A stretch of DNA of 64,000 nucleotides from an uncultured virus (IMG/VR IMGVR_UViG_3300015607_002766) (IMGVR_UViG_3300015607_002766); one strand, 5' to 3'; numbered from the stretch's first letter, positions 40,247 through 51,176 are shown. Numbers and translations: made by a program. The notes: a model not told the origin generated them from the sequence alone.

Positions 40247-41989
40247 ATGCAAGAAACATTGAATACTGAACAAGAAGTAAAAGAACCAATAATTGGTGAG
40301 TTCAAACCTAAGCGTAAGTTCTTGAGCTTCGTCTCGGCTGTTAATGGCGCGAGAGTTCGCTTTATCCGCGATGTTGCCTTTGTTAAAGGTGAAAAACTTT
40401 CGGGTACTCTTGAAGGTGTTGTTTTCAAAATAACTATTTGTGATGAAGGTACAATTAACTTTGAAGAAGTTGATACTAATGTAACTGATGCGGCTCAACG
40501 TAAGCGTTTAATTGATGAAATTGATTCTCTTGACGTTACTGGCTATGCTCAGAAGTTTATTGCTTCTGGTATTCAATTTGCTGATGTTAATGGTGACCTT
40601 TGCTATCTTGAAGTTGAACACCAAAAACCAATTGATAAGTTGAAATCATTATTTGATGAAGAAGAAGTTCCTACTTTGTCTAATAAAGGTATGAGTTTTC
40701 TTGACGATTTACTAAGTGGCTCTGATGAAGTTGAACCATTGGTTCTTTCCGAAGAAGATGCAAAAGTATTCGTTGATGCTATTGAAAATCCAGCAGAACC
40801 AAATGAAAAATTAAAAGAAGCTGGTAGTACATACCAATCATATATGGAAGAACAATTCCGTAAAATGAACGAAGATAAAATCAATGAGTTGAAAAAACGC
40901 ATTGAAGATGCTGAAAAAGAATCTGAAAGACTTCGTAGAGAAATCTCTATGAATGAGTCTAAGTTGAAAAAACAAACCGAAGATTTAGGTGTATTAGAAA
41001 CTCGTTTAGATAGTTTCAATGCTAATGATGAATCTACTGGTTATGTATTCTATGTTTCAGAAGAACAAAAGCCAGAAGATATTGGTTTGACTGAAGAAAA
41101 CCGTGCGATGGCTGATAAGATCGCTGATATTGTTGGTCTTAAAAAAGATGTTCTCTTCAAGATGCTTACTGAAGGATATTACAAAATCCGTATTGCTGAG
41201 AAATCAGATATGACTGCTGAGAAAGTAAAAGTTACTAATGAAATCTTAGAAAAGATTAAGTCTTTAGTTAATGGTGACACCTCACTTGAAGCTAAAGTAA
41301 CTATGACTGAACCTGGTCAGTTTGAGTATCGTGGTAGTATGACTTGGCATCAAATTGTTGGTAAGATGATTCGTAAAGGATTTGAACAAGAGCCAGAGTT
41401 TGATAAATTATGTCAATCTAATTCTTACGACTCACACGAAGAAGAAAAAGAAGTTGAAGTTACCGAAACTGAAAAGGTAGAAGTTGTAGAAAAAACTAAA
41501 ACGCCTTCAATTGAAATCAAATCTAAAACGGTAAGAACATACAATGAAGAAACTACATTAGTGGTTATGGGTACAATCGACCACAATGACAATCGTGATG
41601 TTGAAATCACTGACGACTATACCGGATTTGAAGTTTATGTTGGTAATAAAAAGATGAAGGGTGGTTATGAGTCAGATGGTTTTATTTCAATTATGACTTT
41701 ACCAGAGTTTGCTAAATGGCAAAAACAATACCCAAATGCTATGAAAGATGGTGGTGGAGTAGATTCATTCTTACTTCCTAACTTCAAAAGAACTATTGGT
41801 GTAACTGCTATGGTTGATGGTGAATTCACAAATGACTTTGATTTGAGTGATTACATTCAACATCAATTAGAAGATGCTGAAGTGTTCTTAACACTTCCAG
41901 AGGGAACTGAAATTGTGAAGATGGATGATTATCATAAAGTTCCAGTTGCTGCAATGAGAGATTCAAAAATTAATAAGATTATAAAATAA
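40247..41989 (+). CDS. large acidic multidomain protein with C-terminal tag (MRDSKINKIIK)
   Basis: 580-aa ORF; central coiled coil. Confidence 0.8.
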   Translation: MQETLNTEQEVKEPIIGEFKPKRKFLSFVSAVNGARVRFIRDVAFVKGEKLSGTLEGVVFKITICDEGTINFEEVDTNVTDAAQRKRLIDEIDSLDVTGYAQKFIASGIQFADVNGDLCYLEVEHQKPIDKLKSLFDEEEVPTLSNKGMSFLDDLLSGSDEVEPLVLSEEDAKVFVDAIENPAEPNEKLKEAGSTYQSYMEEQFRKMNEDKINELKKRIEDAEKESERLRREISMNESKLKKQTEDLGVLETRLDSFNANDESTGYVFYVSEEQKPEDIGLTEENRAMADKIADIVGLKKDVLFKMLTEGYYKIRIAEKSDMTAEKVKVTNEILEKIKSLVNGDTSLEAKVTMTEPGQFEYRGSMTWHQIVGKMIRKGFEQEPEFDKLCQSNSYDSHEEEKEVEVTETEKVEVVEKTKTPSIEIKSKTVRTYNEETTLVVMGTIDHNDNRDVEITDDYTGFEVYVGNKKMKGGYESDGFISIMTLPEFAKWQKQYPNAMKDGGGVDSFLLPNFKRTIGVTAMVDGEFTNDFDLSDYIQHQLEDAEVFLTLPEGTEIVKMDDYHKVPVAAMRDSKINKIIK

Positions 41990-42468
41990 TGTCTAAAAAG
42001 ACCCTACTTAGAAAATTAAAATACAAGTATTTACGACTTTTAATTAGTTGGAGAAACTGGAGAAGAAATCTTAGTGATAAAGTAATGGCTGAGCCTAGTA
42101 AGATCAGTCCTTATGAAGAAAAGGCAATTAGATTGTGGAAAATTCTTGTAAAAGATGAAGAAACAAAACTATCTTATAACTCACTTGGTGTAAGACAAAT
42201 TGAAAAAAACAATATCTTCATGATTCTTCAACCAGGTTACAACAATGATTTCATTATCACGCTAATGGATGTTGCTTCTGATAGAAGAAATCTATATGAG
42301 TTGAGAATACCATTTAGATTTGCTGAAGTTGCCACAGACCATTTTGATTATGAACTTGAGAAGAGAATGAAAAAGGCTGAGAAGAATAAAAGAGTCCTAA
42401 TTGAGAACGATATTGACAAGCTTCTTGAAGAAGAAGAAAAGTCAATGATTCAAAAAATGCAAAAATAA
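41989..42468 (+). CDS. hypothetical protein
   Basis: 159-aa ORF. Confidence 0.7.
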   Translation: MSKKTLLRKLKYKYLRLLISWRNWRRNLSDKVMAEPSKISPYEEKAIRLWKILVKDEETKLSYNSLGVRQIEKNNIFMILQPGYNNDFIITLMDVASDRRNLYELRIPFRFAEVATDHFDYELEKRMKKAEKNKRVLIENDIDKLLEEEEKSMIQKMQK

Positions 42469-42519
42469 ATTTGAAGATTGAGAAAAAATTCATATCTTTG
42501 TATAAATAAATAGAAAAAG

Positions 42520-44058
42520 ATGATTTTAAAGAATATTCACGAAAAACTATTGGCTGGTATCCAAACGATGTTGATTGATACCAAAATTAACTTGCCTTAC
42601 TATGGTGAGTTTAACCTTCATATCAACTTTGTTGAGCAAGATTCTATTGGTACTTGCGCAGTCAATGTTACATCAAAAGGTATGAACTTCTTCTATTCAC
42701 CTAAGTTTTTAGAAGATATGTCTAACAAAGAAGTGAATTTCATCACTCTTCATGAAGACTTTCACTTACTTTTCAATCACCCTAAACGTACTATAACTGG
42801 TCAATACGACCACAAACTTTCGAATATCGCTCAAGACATGATTATCAATCACGTTATTTGGGAGGATATTCCACACGCTTTCGTTGAAATCCCTAAGAAC
42901 AAAGATGGTAAGAACATGGCTCTATTCGTTCCGAAAGAGTACCAAGGAAAACTTATCTTTGAAGAATTGTATGAGTGGTTGAAAGACGAGAAAGAAAAGT
43001 GGCAGAAAGAACGTAAGAAGCAAGACGGTCAAGGACAAAAACAAGACCAAAAAGGTCAAGGACAACAACCTGGTGATGGTCAAGGACAAGGTGAAAAACA
43101 AGAAGGTCAAGGAAAAGGACAACAACCTGGTGATGGTCAAGGCGAAGGTCAAGACCAACAAGACGGTCAAGGACAAGGCGAAAGTCAAGGTCAGGGACAA
43201 GGTCAAGGAAATGGTGGTGGTCACGGACACGGTGAAGGTGAGTCTTGCCCAGATTGTCAAGGTACTGGTAACGAAGGTGGTAAAGACTCTACCGGTAAGC
43301 CATCATATGGTCCTTACGGTAAGAACCCATCTAAAGATGGTGAATCATTAGACACTTGGTCTAAAGAGCAAATCTTCCAAGATATGGAAAACGGTAACGG
43401 TGAGTACATGGATAAACACATCGGTGATGATGTACCAGAAGATATGCGTGAAGCAATGGTAAAAGACGTTATGGAGCGTTTAGCGGCTCGTGGCTTGTCT
43501 GCGGGTAATGTTGAGACTACTCTTAACAAACTTCGTAAGAAGCGTAAAGATTACCTTCGTGAAATCAAGAGAGCTGTATCAAATATGATTTTCGGTACAG
43601 TTAAACAAAAGACTATTGTTAAACCTAACCGTCGTCAAATCTCTGGTTTGAAAGGTAACCGTAAAGTAAAAACCAAAATCAACTGTATCTTAGATACATC
43701 TGGTTCAATGGGTGGTACTTTTGAGCGTGTTCTTTCTTATATCTACCGTAATGATATTGAAATCAACTTGATTGAAGCTGATACCGAAGTTAAGTGGATT
43801 GAAAATATCAAGAACAAACGTAAGTTGGAAACAATGGTAATCAAAGGTCTTGGTGGTACAATCCTTCAACCTGCGATTGACTTAGTTGCTGACCAGTTCA
43901 ACGAGTACAATACTGTAGTCTTGACTGATGGTTACTGTGACTCACTTGACCTTTCTAAAATCAAAGGTAAAGTCTTGATGGTCTCAATTGGTGTGAAAGT
44001 ACCAATCTCAAGAAGTAACGGTAAAGTGAAGCAGATTATGGTTGAGAAAGAAAACTAA
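42520..44058 (+). CDS. VWA-like domain metallopeptidase (DUF2201-type), MoxR partner
   Basis: HEDFH zinc motif, NIAQDMIIN, Q/G-rich linker, DTSGSM MIDAS, GLGGT, LTDGY. Confidence 0.88.
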   Translation: MILKNIHEKLLAGIQTMLIDTKINLPYYGEFNLHINFVEQDSIGTCAVNVTSKGMNFFYSPKFLEDMSNKEVNFITLHEDFHLLFNHPKRTITGQYDHKLSNIAQDMIINHVIWEDIPHAFVEIPKNKDGKNMALFVPKEYQGKLIFEELYEWLKDEKEKWQKERKKQDGQGQKQDQKGQGQQPGDGQGQGEKQEGQGKGQQPGDGQGEGQDQQDGQGQGESQGQGQGQGNGGGHGHGEGESCPDCQGTGNEGGKDSTGKPSYGPYGKNPSKDGESLDTWSKEQIFQDMENGNGEYMDKHIGDDVPEDMREAMVKDVMERLAARGLSAGNVETTLNKLRKKRKDYLREIKRAVSNMIFGTVKQKTIVKPNRRQISGLKGNRKVKTKINCILDTSGSMGGTFERVLSYIYRNDIEINLIEADTEVKWIENIKNKRKLETMVIKGLGGTILQPAIDLVADQFNEYNTVVLTDGYCDSLDLSKIKGKVLMVSIGVKVPISRSNGKVKQIMVEKEN

Positions 44059-44083
44059 GAAAGTCCCGAAAGGGACTTTTTTA
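44059..44083 (+). terminator. rho-independent terminator
   Basis: aaagtccc-gaaa-gggacttttt. Confidence 0.85.
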
Positions 44084-44111
44084 TTTTAAATACTTTCATT
44101 ATCTTTGTAAA

Positions 44112-44396
44112 ATGACTGAAGTAGATATTTGGATTAAAGTATTTGATAAACTCCATTTTAAGTTTATAGAAGAATATTGCTCTCAAAGTAAAATAAACTT
44201 TTTGGTTTATCGTAATGATTATAGAGGTGACGGTAATTACACAGGTGACTATAGATTGTACTTTAATAGAGAAACTGATGAAGTTTTATCTTTGTTTATT
44301 AATAATAGCACTGAAAATCAAACTACTAAGCAGTTATTTGTAGAAGAAAACAAAAGCCTATTCAGAGAAGTGAAATTATTGTCCATCATGAACTAA
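44112..44396 (+). CDS. hypothetical protein with C-terminal tag (FREVKLLSIMN)
   Basis: ORF 4 nt after TATCTTTG. Confidence 0.7.
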   Translation: MTEVDIWIKVFDKLHFKFIEEYCSQSKINFLVYRNDYRGDGNYTGDYRLYFNRETDEVLSLFINNSTENQTTKQLFVEENKSLFREVKLLSIMN

Positions 44397-44444
44397 AAAT
44401 AATACTTTTAATTTTTAATATATAAATAAAATTTATGTAATAAA

Positions 44445-45266
44445 ATGAAGTATTGTTTAAGATGTGGTGAAGAACATGATGGTAGCTATGGTACTGGAAG
44501 ATATTGTTGTAAGAAATGTGCATTTACTAAAAATGAAAATCAGATTAGATCTGTTAGTGGTCCAAAATCAGAAGAAGTTAAAATTAAAATGAGAAAACCA
44601 AAGAAAGACTCTTCTAAAATGGGTAAGTATGATAAATCTGGATCAAATAATCCAAACTCAATATCTAAAAATGGCTATCTAAAAGATAGAACTGGAGATC
44701 AGTATAAAAATATATGTATATCAAATAAAAAAAATGGACTTGGTTGGAGTGAAGAGAATAGAATTAGACATTCTATTTTAATGCGAGGTGATTCAAATTG
44801 GATGAGGAATAAAAAACATAGCGACGAAACAAAGTTGAAAATATCAAATGCTAAGTTAGAACAGTATAAAAATGGGTTAGTCAATTTAAATAGAAACTTT
44901 ATGTCAGATGGTGAATATGCCATAGCTAATTTTTTGAAAGATAAGAAAATAGAGTTCAAACAACAATTTCAGATAGATAAAATTAGTTTTATCTATGACT
45001 TTTACTTACCTTTGTATAATATAATAATAGAATATAACGGTGATTATTGGCATGTTAATCCTGAAATATACAATGAAGATAAAGTCATAGTGGATGGAAA
45101 AACAGCTAATGAAATATGGGAAAAAGACAATCTTAAAAAGAAAATAGCTGAGGAGAATGGTTATAAATTCTATACAATATGGGAAAAGGACTACAATCCT
45201 GGTTATAAAAAAGTCTATAATAATAAATTAATAGTTGAAATTTTAAATGAAAATACTTTTTCTTGA
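44445..45266 (+). mobile_element. homing endonuclease with Zn finger, NUMOD3 and Vsr/DUF559-like nuclease domain
   Basis: CLRC...CCKKC, HSDETKLKIS, YDFYLP..IIIEYNGDYWH, IWEKD. Confidence 0.8.
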
Positions 45267-45813
45267 TTTTGATGGAGTGATGTGTCTATCCACTGAATGG
45301 GGTGGTAGAAGCAAAAAGAAGGCAAAGTACTCAAAGGAGTTTCCAGGTACTTATGATGAAAATATGCCTGCTTGGGTAAAGATGGATAACTTTAATGATA
45401 AAGCAGTTAAAGTATTAAACTCAATCTTAGAACAAACTGGTGCTGAGATCGTTGTTAGTTCAGATTGGAAGTTATATTGTACTTTAGATGAACTAAAAGA
45501 AATGTTTACTAAGTATGGTGTTATTAAGCAACCAATTGATACTACTCCTAATATTACTTTGAAGTATGATAAGAGCTATTATACAAAAGGTGAATTAGCT
45601 GAGTATAGAACCATGGAAGTTAAACAATGGTTAAAGGAGCATCCAGAAGTAACTCATTGGGTTGCTGTTGATGATTTGCCTTTAGGTGAGTTATATGGTC
45701 CTATCTCTGGTAACTTTCTTGGTGGATTGAAAAACTTTGTCTTAACACCAAAAAGTTCTGAAGGTATTAAACAATCCGGTATTAAAGAAAAAATATTAAA
45801 GTTCTTACTGTGA
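45247..45813 (+). CDS. HAD-domain protein (Swiss-Army-Knife RNA-repair-like)
   Basis: ILFLDFDGVM, IVVSSDWK, WVAVDDL. Confidence 0.85.
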   Translation: MKILFLDFDGVMCLSTEWGGRSKKKAKYSKEFPGTYDENMPAWVKMDNFNDKAVKVLNSILEQTGAEIVVSSDWKLYCTLDELKEMFTKYGVIKQPIDTTPNITLKYDKSYYTKGELAEYRTMEVKQWLKEHPEVTHWVAVDDLPLGELYGPISGNFLGGLKNFVLTPKSSEGIKQSGIKEKILKFLL

Positions 45814-46277
45814 TATACAGATTAGATTTTCCTACACTACATGAATGGAATAACTGTAACTCTTCTAATACAAAGATATTAGAGTCAGTTCATAAGTTAG
45901 TTCAAGATTCATTATTGCTCTATAGATATAGAGTTAAGAAGTCTATTGAAAATAAATTTGGTGTAAATGATCCAGAGAAGATAAACTTTGATTTGATAAA
46001 ACAGAAATCAATTATTGTTTATCATTTAGATATCTTCAAGGAAAAGCCTACTTTGATTAATGACTTAATTAAGTTTTGTTTAGAAACGAATAGAGACTTA
46101 TTTATACCAACTCAACAAAATAGATACTATGGAACTGATGGTAATTACAGAAAGAAACACGAATATAAATTTGATATAGCACTTGAGTTAGATGCTTATG
46201 ATTATCAATACTATGATATGTCTAACGATAGTTCCTTAGTGCAATTAAAAAGGGAGTTAGTTCTTAACTCCCTTTAA
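45810..46277 (+). CDS. hypothetical protein with degenerate C-terminal tag (LKRELVLNSL)
   Basis: 155-aa ORF. Confidence 0.65.
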   Translation: MIYRLDFPTLHEWNNCNSSNTKILESVHKLVQDSLLLYRYRVKKSIENKFGVNDPEKINFDLIKQKSIIVYHLDIFKEKPTLINDLIKFCLETNRDLFIPTQQNRYYGTDGNYRKKHEYKFDIALELDAYDYQYYDMSNDSSLVQLKRELVLNSL

Positions 46278-46278
46278 T

Positions 46279-47313
46279 TTATTTACTTAAAATTGCTGAA
46301 TTTTGATAGTTGTGATTTAAGGTAATTCTTAAAAATGTTCTACGCTTACCTTTATTGATTAACAATGTTTCATGAGGTGTGTTACTTGACATAAAGTATA
46401 ATTGATTCTTTTCAAAAACAATTTTTCTATCATCAGTTAATTGGTCTTCCATTTTTTCAAATGAACCTTCTGACATAATTTCACCGTGGAAATCACCAGT
46501 CCAAGCTTGACATCCAACTTCAGTTGATACTGTTAAGATACCACCTTTTGTAGATGAAACATATTCAGATACAGGAATAACAATATCATAAGGTAAAACC
46601 CAATCCATTTTAACGTGTGAGTTATCTGGATGTGCTTCAAATTGTGATTCTCTTACTAAAGAGTAAATATCATTATCACCTTTAACTAAAGAGTATTGAG
46701 GTGTATTTGAAACAGACTCATAAGAGGCACCACCCCAAGATGATCTTGGTGAAGCACCACCCCAAGAAGATTTAGAAGGAGCAGGTGAAGCACCGCCCCA
46801 ACTTGATTTAGGACTCGCACCACCCCAAGAAGATTTAGCAACTGGAGGAGCTTGATATTTAGCACCACCCCAAGATGAACCACCGTAAGAAGCGCCTCCC
46901 CAAGAAGCTTTTTCTGTAATAGATGATGAGAAATAAGGATCAACACAGAAGTTACCATCCATATGAACTCCTTCTCTTCTCAAGAACTCATCTGTTGTAA
47001 AGAATTTTGTATCTATTGTAACATAGTGTGTATTAGCACCTTCTTGTAAAGGAATATATTTAAGAATTTCATTGAATGATTCTTCCCATTGTTTGAATCC
47101 TTCTGGTAAAGAAACCCATTCACCTGTATTTTCAAAAGGCATAACGCTTAATTTGAAATCTCCAGTTGCTGGATCTGGTAAAACAACTTCACCTAAATTT
47201 TTAACACTAGTTCTATGATAATTTACATTCTCAATAAGAACTTCACTTTTTTTATTTTCAGTTCTCTGAGTTAAACTTTCTTTGAACTTTAGTAAATTTT
47301 TTAGATATTTCAT
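46279..47313 (-). CDS. putative 2OG-Fe(II) dioxygenase-fold protein with SSWGGA repeats
   Basis: RREGVHMDG (HxD), TPHET (distal His), RTFLRIT; six (S/A)SWGGA units. Confidence 0.6.
   Translation of the reverse strand: MKYLKNLLKFKESLTQRTENKKSEVLIENVNYHRTSVKNLGEVVLPDPATGDFKLSVMPFENTGEWVSLPEGFKQWEESFNEILKYIPLQEGANTHYVTIDTKFFTTDEFLRREGVHMDGNFCVDPYFSSSITEKASWGGASYGGSSWGGAKYQAPPVAKSSWGGASPKSSWGGASPAPSKSSWGGASPRSSWGGASYESVSNTPQYSLVKGDNDIYSLVRESQFEAHPDNSHVKMDWVLPYDIVIPVSEYVSSTKGGILTVSTEVGCQAWTGDFHGEIMSEGSFEKMEDQLTDDRKIVFEKNQLYFMSSNTPHETLLINKGKRRTFLRITLNHNYQNSAILSK
46722..46908 (-). repeat. imperfect coding repeat encoding SSWGGA
   Basis: Repeated gcaccaccccaaga(a/t)ga on the + strand. Confidence 0.85.
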
Positions 47314-47343
47314 TCTTGAATAATTATTTTTATTGTTTATATA

Positions 47344-47598
47344 TTACATTTCTATTTTTTCAACATCGTTTAAGTCTATGTTGTATTGTTTGTCATCAAC
47401 TTCAACAGTTATTAAACCATCATTATCTATATCTATAGGTTTCATTCCTACTTTAGGATCATTTTCTGGATAATCATGAACAATAGTAGAGAATACTAGA
47501 CCACCTTTCTTAATACAATTGATTATATCTTCTTGTGTAATAAGAGTACCTTCCTCATTATTTTTCTTAAAATCCTCGAATAATTTTATCCATTTCAT
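47344..47598 (-). CDS. small protein with MKWIKLFEDF N-terminus
   Basis: 84-aa ORF; late promoter. Confidence 0.7.
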   Translation of the reverse strand: MKWIKLFEDFKKNNEEGTLITQEDIINCIKKGGLVFSTIVHDYPENDPKVGMKPIDIDNDGLITVEVDDKQYNIDLNDVEKIEM

Positions 47599-47631
47599 AA
47601 TTGTATATATTAAAAATAATATATAAAGAGT

Positions 47632-48501
47632 ATGAAATACTTAAAATCATTTAATGAAGAATTAAAGCCTGAGACTTATAGAAGTGCTGCTGGTAAATTT
47701 GACTATTATAACAAGTCAGCAAAGGCTCGTAATTTATATGATTTTGCAGATGAGAGACAATTTGGCTTTTATAAAATGCACCTTGCTAACACAAGTGTTA
47801 TAGTTGATAAAGACGCTACTTTTACCGATCCTAAACTAATAGGTGTATATTACGGCTCTGCTGATAATTTGAATACAAATGTTTTATCTTACGGTGTTGA
47901 TGCAGATAAAGTAGTAAATCAAGCCGTTAAAAATTGGGAAAATGGTAATGATACATTATCAGTAGTTTTTGAATTTGGTTTTAGACCAACTAAAGAAACT
48001 ATTTCTAAAAAAGATTTTACTCACTATAAAAATCCACAGAGACCTAATGGTGTTGGTGGTTATTTATCTGGATATGTACCAGCATTCTGTATCGAATTAG
48101 AATTGAGTGAATGGTATGATGGTATTAAGGAATGGGATTCTGATGCTAAATGGGAAGCTGAAAATAATGGCGAAGAATTTACACCATCAACAATGGATAA
48201 ATTTTATGATTGGACAAAATGTAATAATTTAAGAATTGAAGCTCCTAATTCTGGCTACTTTGCAATATTTAGCAATAGACAGTCCGCACAAAAGTTTAAG
48301 AATTATTTACTAAGCATCATAGATGATAAAATTAAAGAAAAAATAGTAGATCTTTTAACAATTGTAAGTAATGATTCTAACGATATTGATGAGGCTATAA
48401 ATAAGCTTAAAAACATATCAATACATGGACTATATGACACTGAAGTTGATAAATCAAAACAAGATCAGCTAAAATCAAAATGGTACGGAAAACACATATG
48501 A
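47632..48501 (+). CDS. paralog family member 1 (MKYLKSFNEELKPETYRSAA)
   Basis: Shares the N-terminus and FSNRQSAQKFK motif with the next three ORFs. Confidence 0.75.
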   Translation: MKYLKSFNEELKPETYRSAAGKFDYYNKSAKARNLYDFADERQFGFYKMHLANTSVIVDKDATFTDPKLIGVYYGSADNLNTNVLSYGVDADKVVNQAVKNWENGNDTLSVVFEFGFRPTKETISKKDFTHYKNPQRPNGVGGYLSGYVPAFCIELELSEWYDGIKEWDSDAKWEAENNGEEFTPSTMDKFYDWTKCNNLRIEAPNSGYFAIFSNRQSAQKFKNYLLSIIDDKIKEKIVDLLTIVSNDSNDIDEAINKLKNISIHGLYDTEVDKSKQDQLKSKWYGKHI

Positions 48502-49262
48502 AATACTTAAAGAGATTTAACGAGGAACTAAGACCAAGAACATATCTTTCAGCAGCAAAGAAATTGACTGCTATTGGTCATACAGATAGAGCCAAAGAAT
48601 TAAAAGACTGGGCTGAAGAAACTGAAAAAAGAGAAGAAGTGCAGAAATGGAAAGACCGCTTACAAGACTATGGTCTTTTTGGTACTTATAAAATGAATAT
48701 AGTTAATCCAGAGACTGGGGAAAAACTAACAGCTGATTTTTACTTAGATGTTAATTTTGATGAGTTAGGCTTTGAAGATAACTTTGAGTATGAAAAAGAG
48801 AAAGATCCTAATAATATTAAAGATGTTAGTATATTTTTCTTTCTTGGTCTAATTCCTACATCAGAAGAAACTTTAAGAAAATGTATAGAGATTATGCCTG
48901 AAGCAGAGTTTGGTAATGGTTTCTTCTGGGGAATGACTTGTGGTGTAGATTTCAAGGTCGAAAAGGGACAAGTTGTACTTGAAAAATTCACATTAGACGA
49001 TTATGATGATAATTTATCTGGCAATGTTTCATTTGCTGATAGAAGTTCTGCTAATAAGTTTAAAACTTTATTAAAGAATATCTTTAGTAATCCGGAATTA
49101 AACTATCCAAGTGGCTATACTGATGTGGAATATATGTACCAAAAGTTAGAACAAGTTATTTTAGTTCAACAAGGATTCTCATCTGAATATGGATTTGAAT
49201 TAAAAGATGTTGCTGATTTCATTAATCAACAATCACCAAATACAATGTATAAAACAATATAA
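48498..49262 (+). CDS. paralog family member 2
   Basis: MKYLKRFNEELRPRTYLSAA...FADRSSANKFK. Confidence 0.75.
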   Translation: MKYLKRFNEELRPRTYLSAAKKLTAIGHTDRAKELKDWAEETEKREEVQKWKDRLQDYGLFGTYKMNIVNPETGEKLTADFYLDVNFDELGFEDNFEYEKEKDPNNIKDVSIFFFLGLIPTSEETLRKCIEIMPEAEFGNGFFWGMTCGVDFKVEKGQVVLEKFTLDDYDDNLSGNVSFADRSSANKFKTLLKNIFSNPELNYPSGYTDVEYMYQKLEQVILVQQGFSSEYGFELKDVADFINQQSPNTMYKTI

Positions 49263-49263
49263 T

Positions 49264-50040
49264 ATGAGATACTTAAAGAGATTTAATGAAGAATTAAAAG
49301 GTTCTACTTTTAGAAGTGCTGCTACTAAGTTAAAACAACTTGGTCACATTAGAAGAAGTCAGGAGATTGAACAAAGAACCAAATGGTTAAAAGAACAAGC
49401 TCCTTTTCAATTACAATATTATAAAACAAGATATAATTCAGCTACTAAATCACATGATAGTGATTTATTATGTGAGGGTCTATTTTATATAGAACCTTCT
49501 TTCGATAATAGTTGGTTCTCAGATTCAGTTTATGATTATATTCATGATAGTCGTCAGTATGGTTTATTTATGTTCTTTGATTTTGGAACTACACCAGCTG
49601 ATGTTGAAACTGAACATAAGTGGAAAGAAATAGAATCAAAATTATCAGAAGAGACTTATAACGGAATGTATTATGGTACAAGAATGGGTGTTAAGATAAT
49701 ACCAGAGGAAAGTGCTGTAGTTGTTTCAAATGGTAAATGTTATTGGGAAAGTAGAGATAATGATATTTTTATTTTTGCTAATAGAAGTGAAGCTATGAGA
49801 TTTAAGAAACTTCTAATAGAAGCTCTTGAAGGTAAGATTAAATGGGGTAGAAACGAATGGAATAAAGATGGTATTATATCTTGCTTTGATAGATACTTTA
49901 TAAGTGATGAAAATTGGAGACAACAAAAGATAAACAAAGGCGAAGAGCCATCTGAACAAGTATTCACAAAAGAAGATATGCCTAAATTAGTTAGTTCAAT
50001 TAGAACAGGTTTATCAGTAAATCAATTATATAGACACTAA
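49264..50040 (+). CDS. paralog family member 3
   Basis: MRYLKRFNEELKGSTFRSAA...FANRSEAMRFK. Confidence 0.75.
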   Translation: MRYLKRFNEELKGSTFRSAATKLKQLGHIRRSQEIEQRTKWLKEQAPFQLQYYKTRYNSATKSHDSDLLCEGLFYIEPSFDNSWFSDSVYDYIHDSRQYGLFMFFDFGTTPADVETEHKWKEIESKLSEETYNGMYYGTRMGVKIIPEESAVVVSNGKCYWESRDNDIFIFANRSEAMRFKKLLIEALEGKIKWGRNEWNKDGIISCFDRYFISDENWRQQKINKGEEPSEQVFTKEDMPKLVSSIRTGLSVNQLYRH

Positions 50041-51176
50041 TGAAATACTTAAAGAAATATAATGAGGCTATTGCTTATGTCGGTAACTCACCAATGAAGT
50101 CTGATATTCAAGATATTCTTCTTGAGTTAAAAGATGAAGGCTTTGAAGCTTTTGTTCAAATAGGAGTTGAAGGTAAAAACGAGTGGTGTAAAGTTGAAAT
50201 AGCAAAAGAAAATAAATTTGATTATTCTCAAATTGAAGAAACAGTTGAGAGAATAAAAGACTATATGACCGATAACAATTTCTATATTTATGAATACACA
50301 AGTTTTTTAAGAGGTGATGAAAATATACCAGATATAAAAGTTGATTTAAGAAGACAATTTAATAGATTTGGTAATGGAAGATGGTCAGAAAGAGCTTATT
50401 ACTTTGAAATAAAGTTCAAGAATATACCAGATGCCAATGAAGAATTAAAATCAGATGTTTATAAATCTGCTGCTGATAAGTTAAAAAAATTAGGTCACAT
50501 TAAAAGACCTGAAGAGCTAATGAAATGGCATGAAATTACTAAGCAAAAAGAAATTGAAGCAACAAAATTAGCAGTTCTTAATGATTGTAAGCAATTAGGT
50601 ATTTATCAACTCTATATTTCATATAGAAAAGATGGAAAGACATATGACTACAAAGGAGATTTCTATATCAATTTAGCCTTTGATTTTTATAATTTAGATG
50701 ATAACTATCCGGAATGGAAAGATGGTGGTAACACTCTTTGGATTAGTTTCTCATTTGGTGTTATACCAGTTAATGAAGACGGTAAGAAATTCTGTAAAGA
50801 AGTTACCGAACCTATAATAGGATTGGGTGGTGATAAACTAACTTATTGGTTAGGTTCTTTCTGGCTAAATATAAGTAGAGCTATAGATCCATCTAATGAA
50901 CAATTAAGATTTCAACCAGAAGGAAAAGGATATTTTGAAGAGTATGAAGGAAATTGGTACTTAACTAATAGAGCTTCTGCTATGAGATTCAAAGATACTT
51001 TATATAGAATATTCTCTGGTGATATTATAGTAAGAGAAACTTCTGAAAGACCAGGTGGAATGAAAGAAGAAATAATAGATGAACTTTGTAATGAAAGACC
51101 TCATGATATTGATGAATATGAAGATATTATGAACTCTATTAAGAAAATGAATCTAAATAAGTTATATAAAGACTAA
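50040..51176 (+). CDS. paralog family member 4 (extra N-terminal domain)
   Basis: MKYLKKYNEA; internal NEELKSDVYKSAA...LTNRASAMRFK. Confidence 0.75.
   Translation: MKYLKKYNEAIAYVGNSPMKSDIQDILLELKDEGFEAFVQIGVEGKNEWCKVEIAKENKFDYSQIEETVERIKDYMTDNNFYIYEYTSFLRGDENIPDIKVDLRRQFNRFGNGRWSERAYYFEIKFKNIPDANEELKSDVYKSAADKLKKLGHIKRPEELMKWHEITKQKEIEATKLAVLNDCKQLGIYQLYISYRKDGKTYDYKGDFYINLAFDFYNLDDNYPEWKDGGNTLWISFSFGVIPVNEDGKKFCKEVTEPIIGLGGDKLTYWLGSFWLNISRAIDPSNEQLRFQPEGKGYFEEYEGNWYLTNRASAMRFKDTLYRIFSGDIIVRETSERPGGMKEEIIDELCNERPHDIDEYEDIMNSIKKMNLNKLYKD

Noticed and set aside
43020..43270. Q/G-rich repeats in the VWA-metalloprotease as a novel element
   Set aside because: Low-complexity linkers are usual between these two domains
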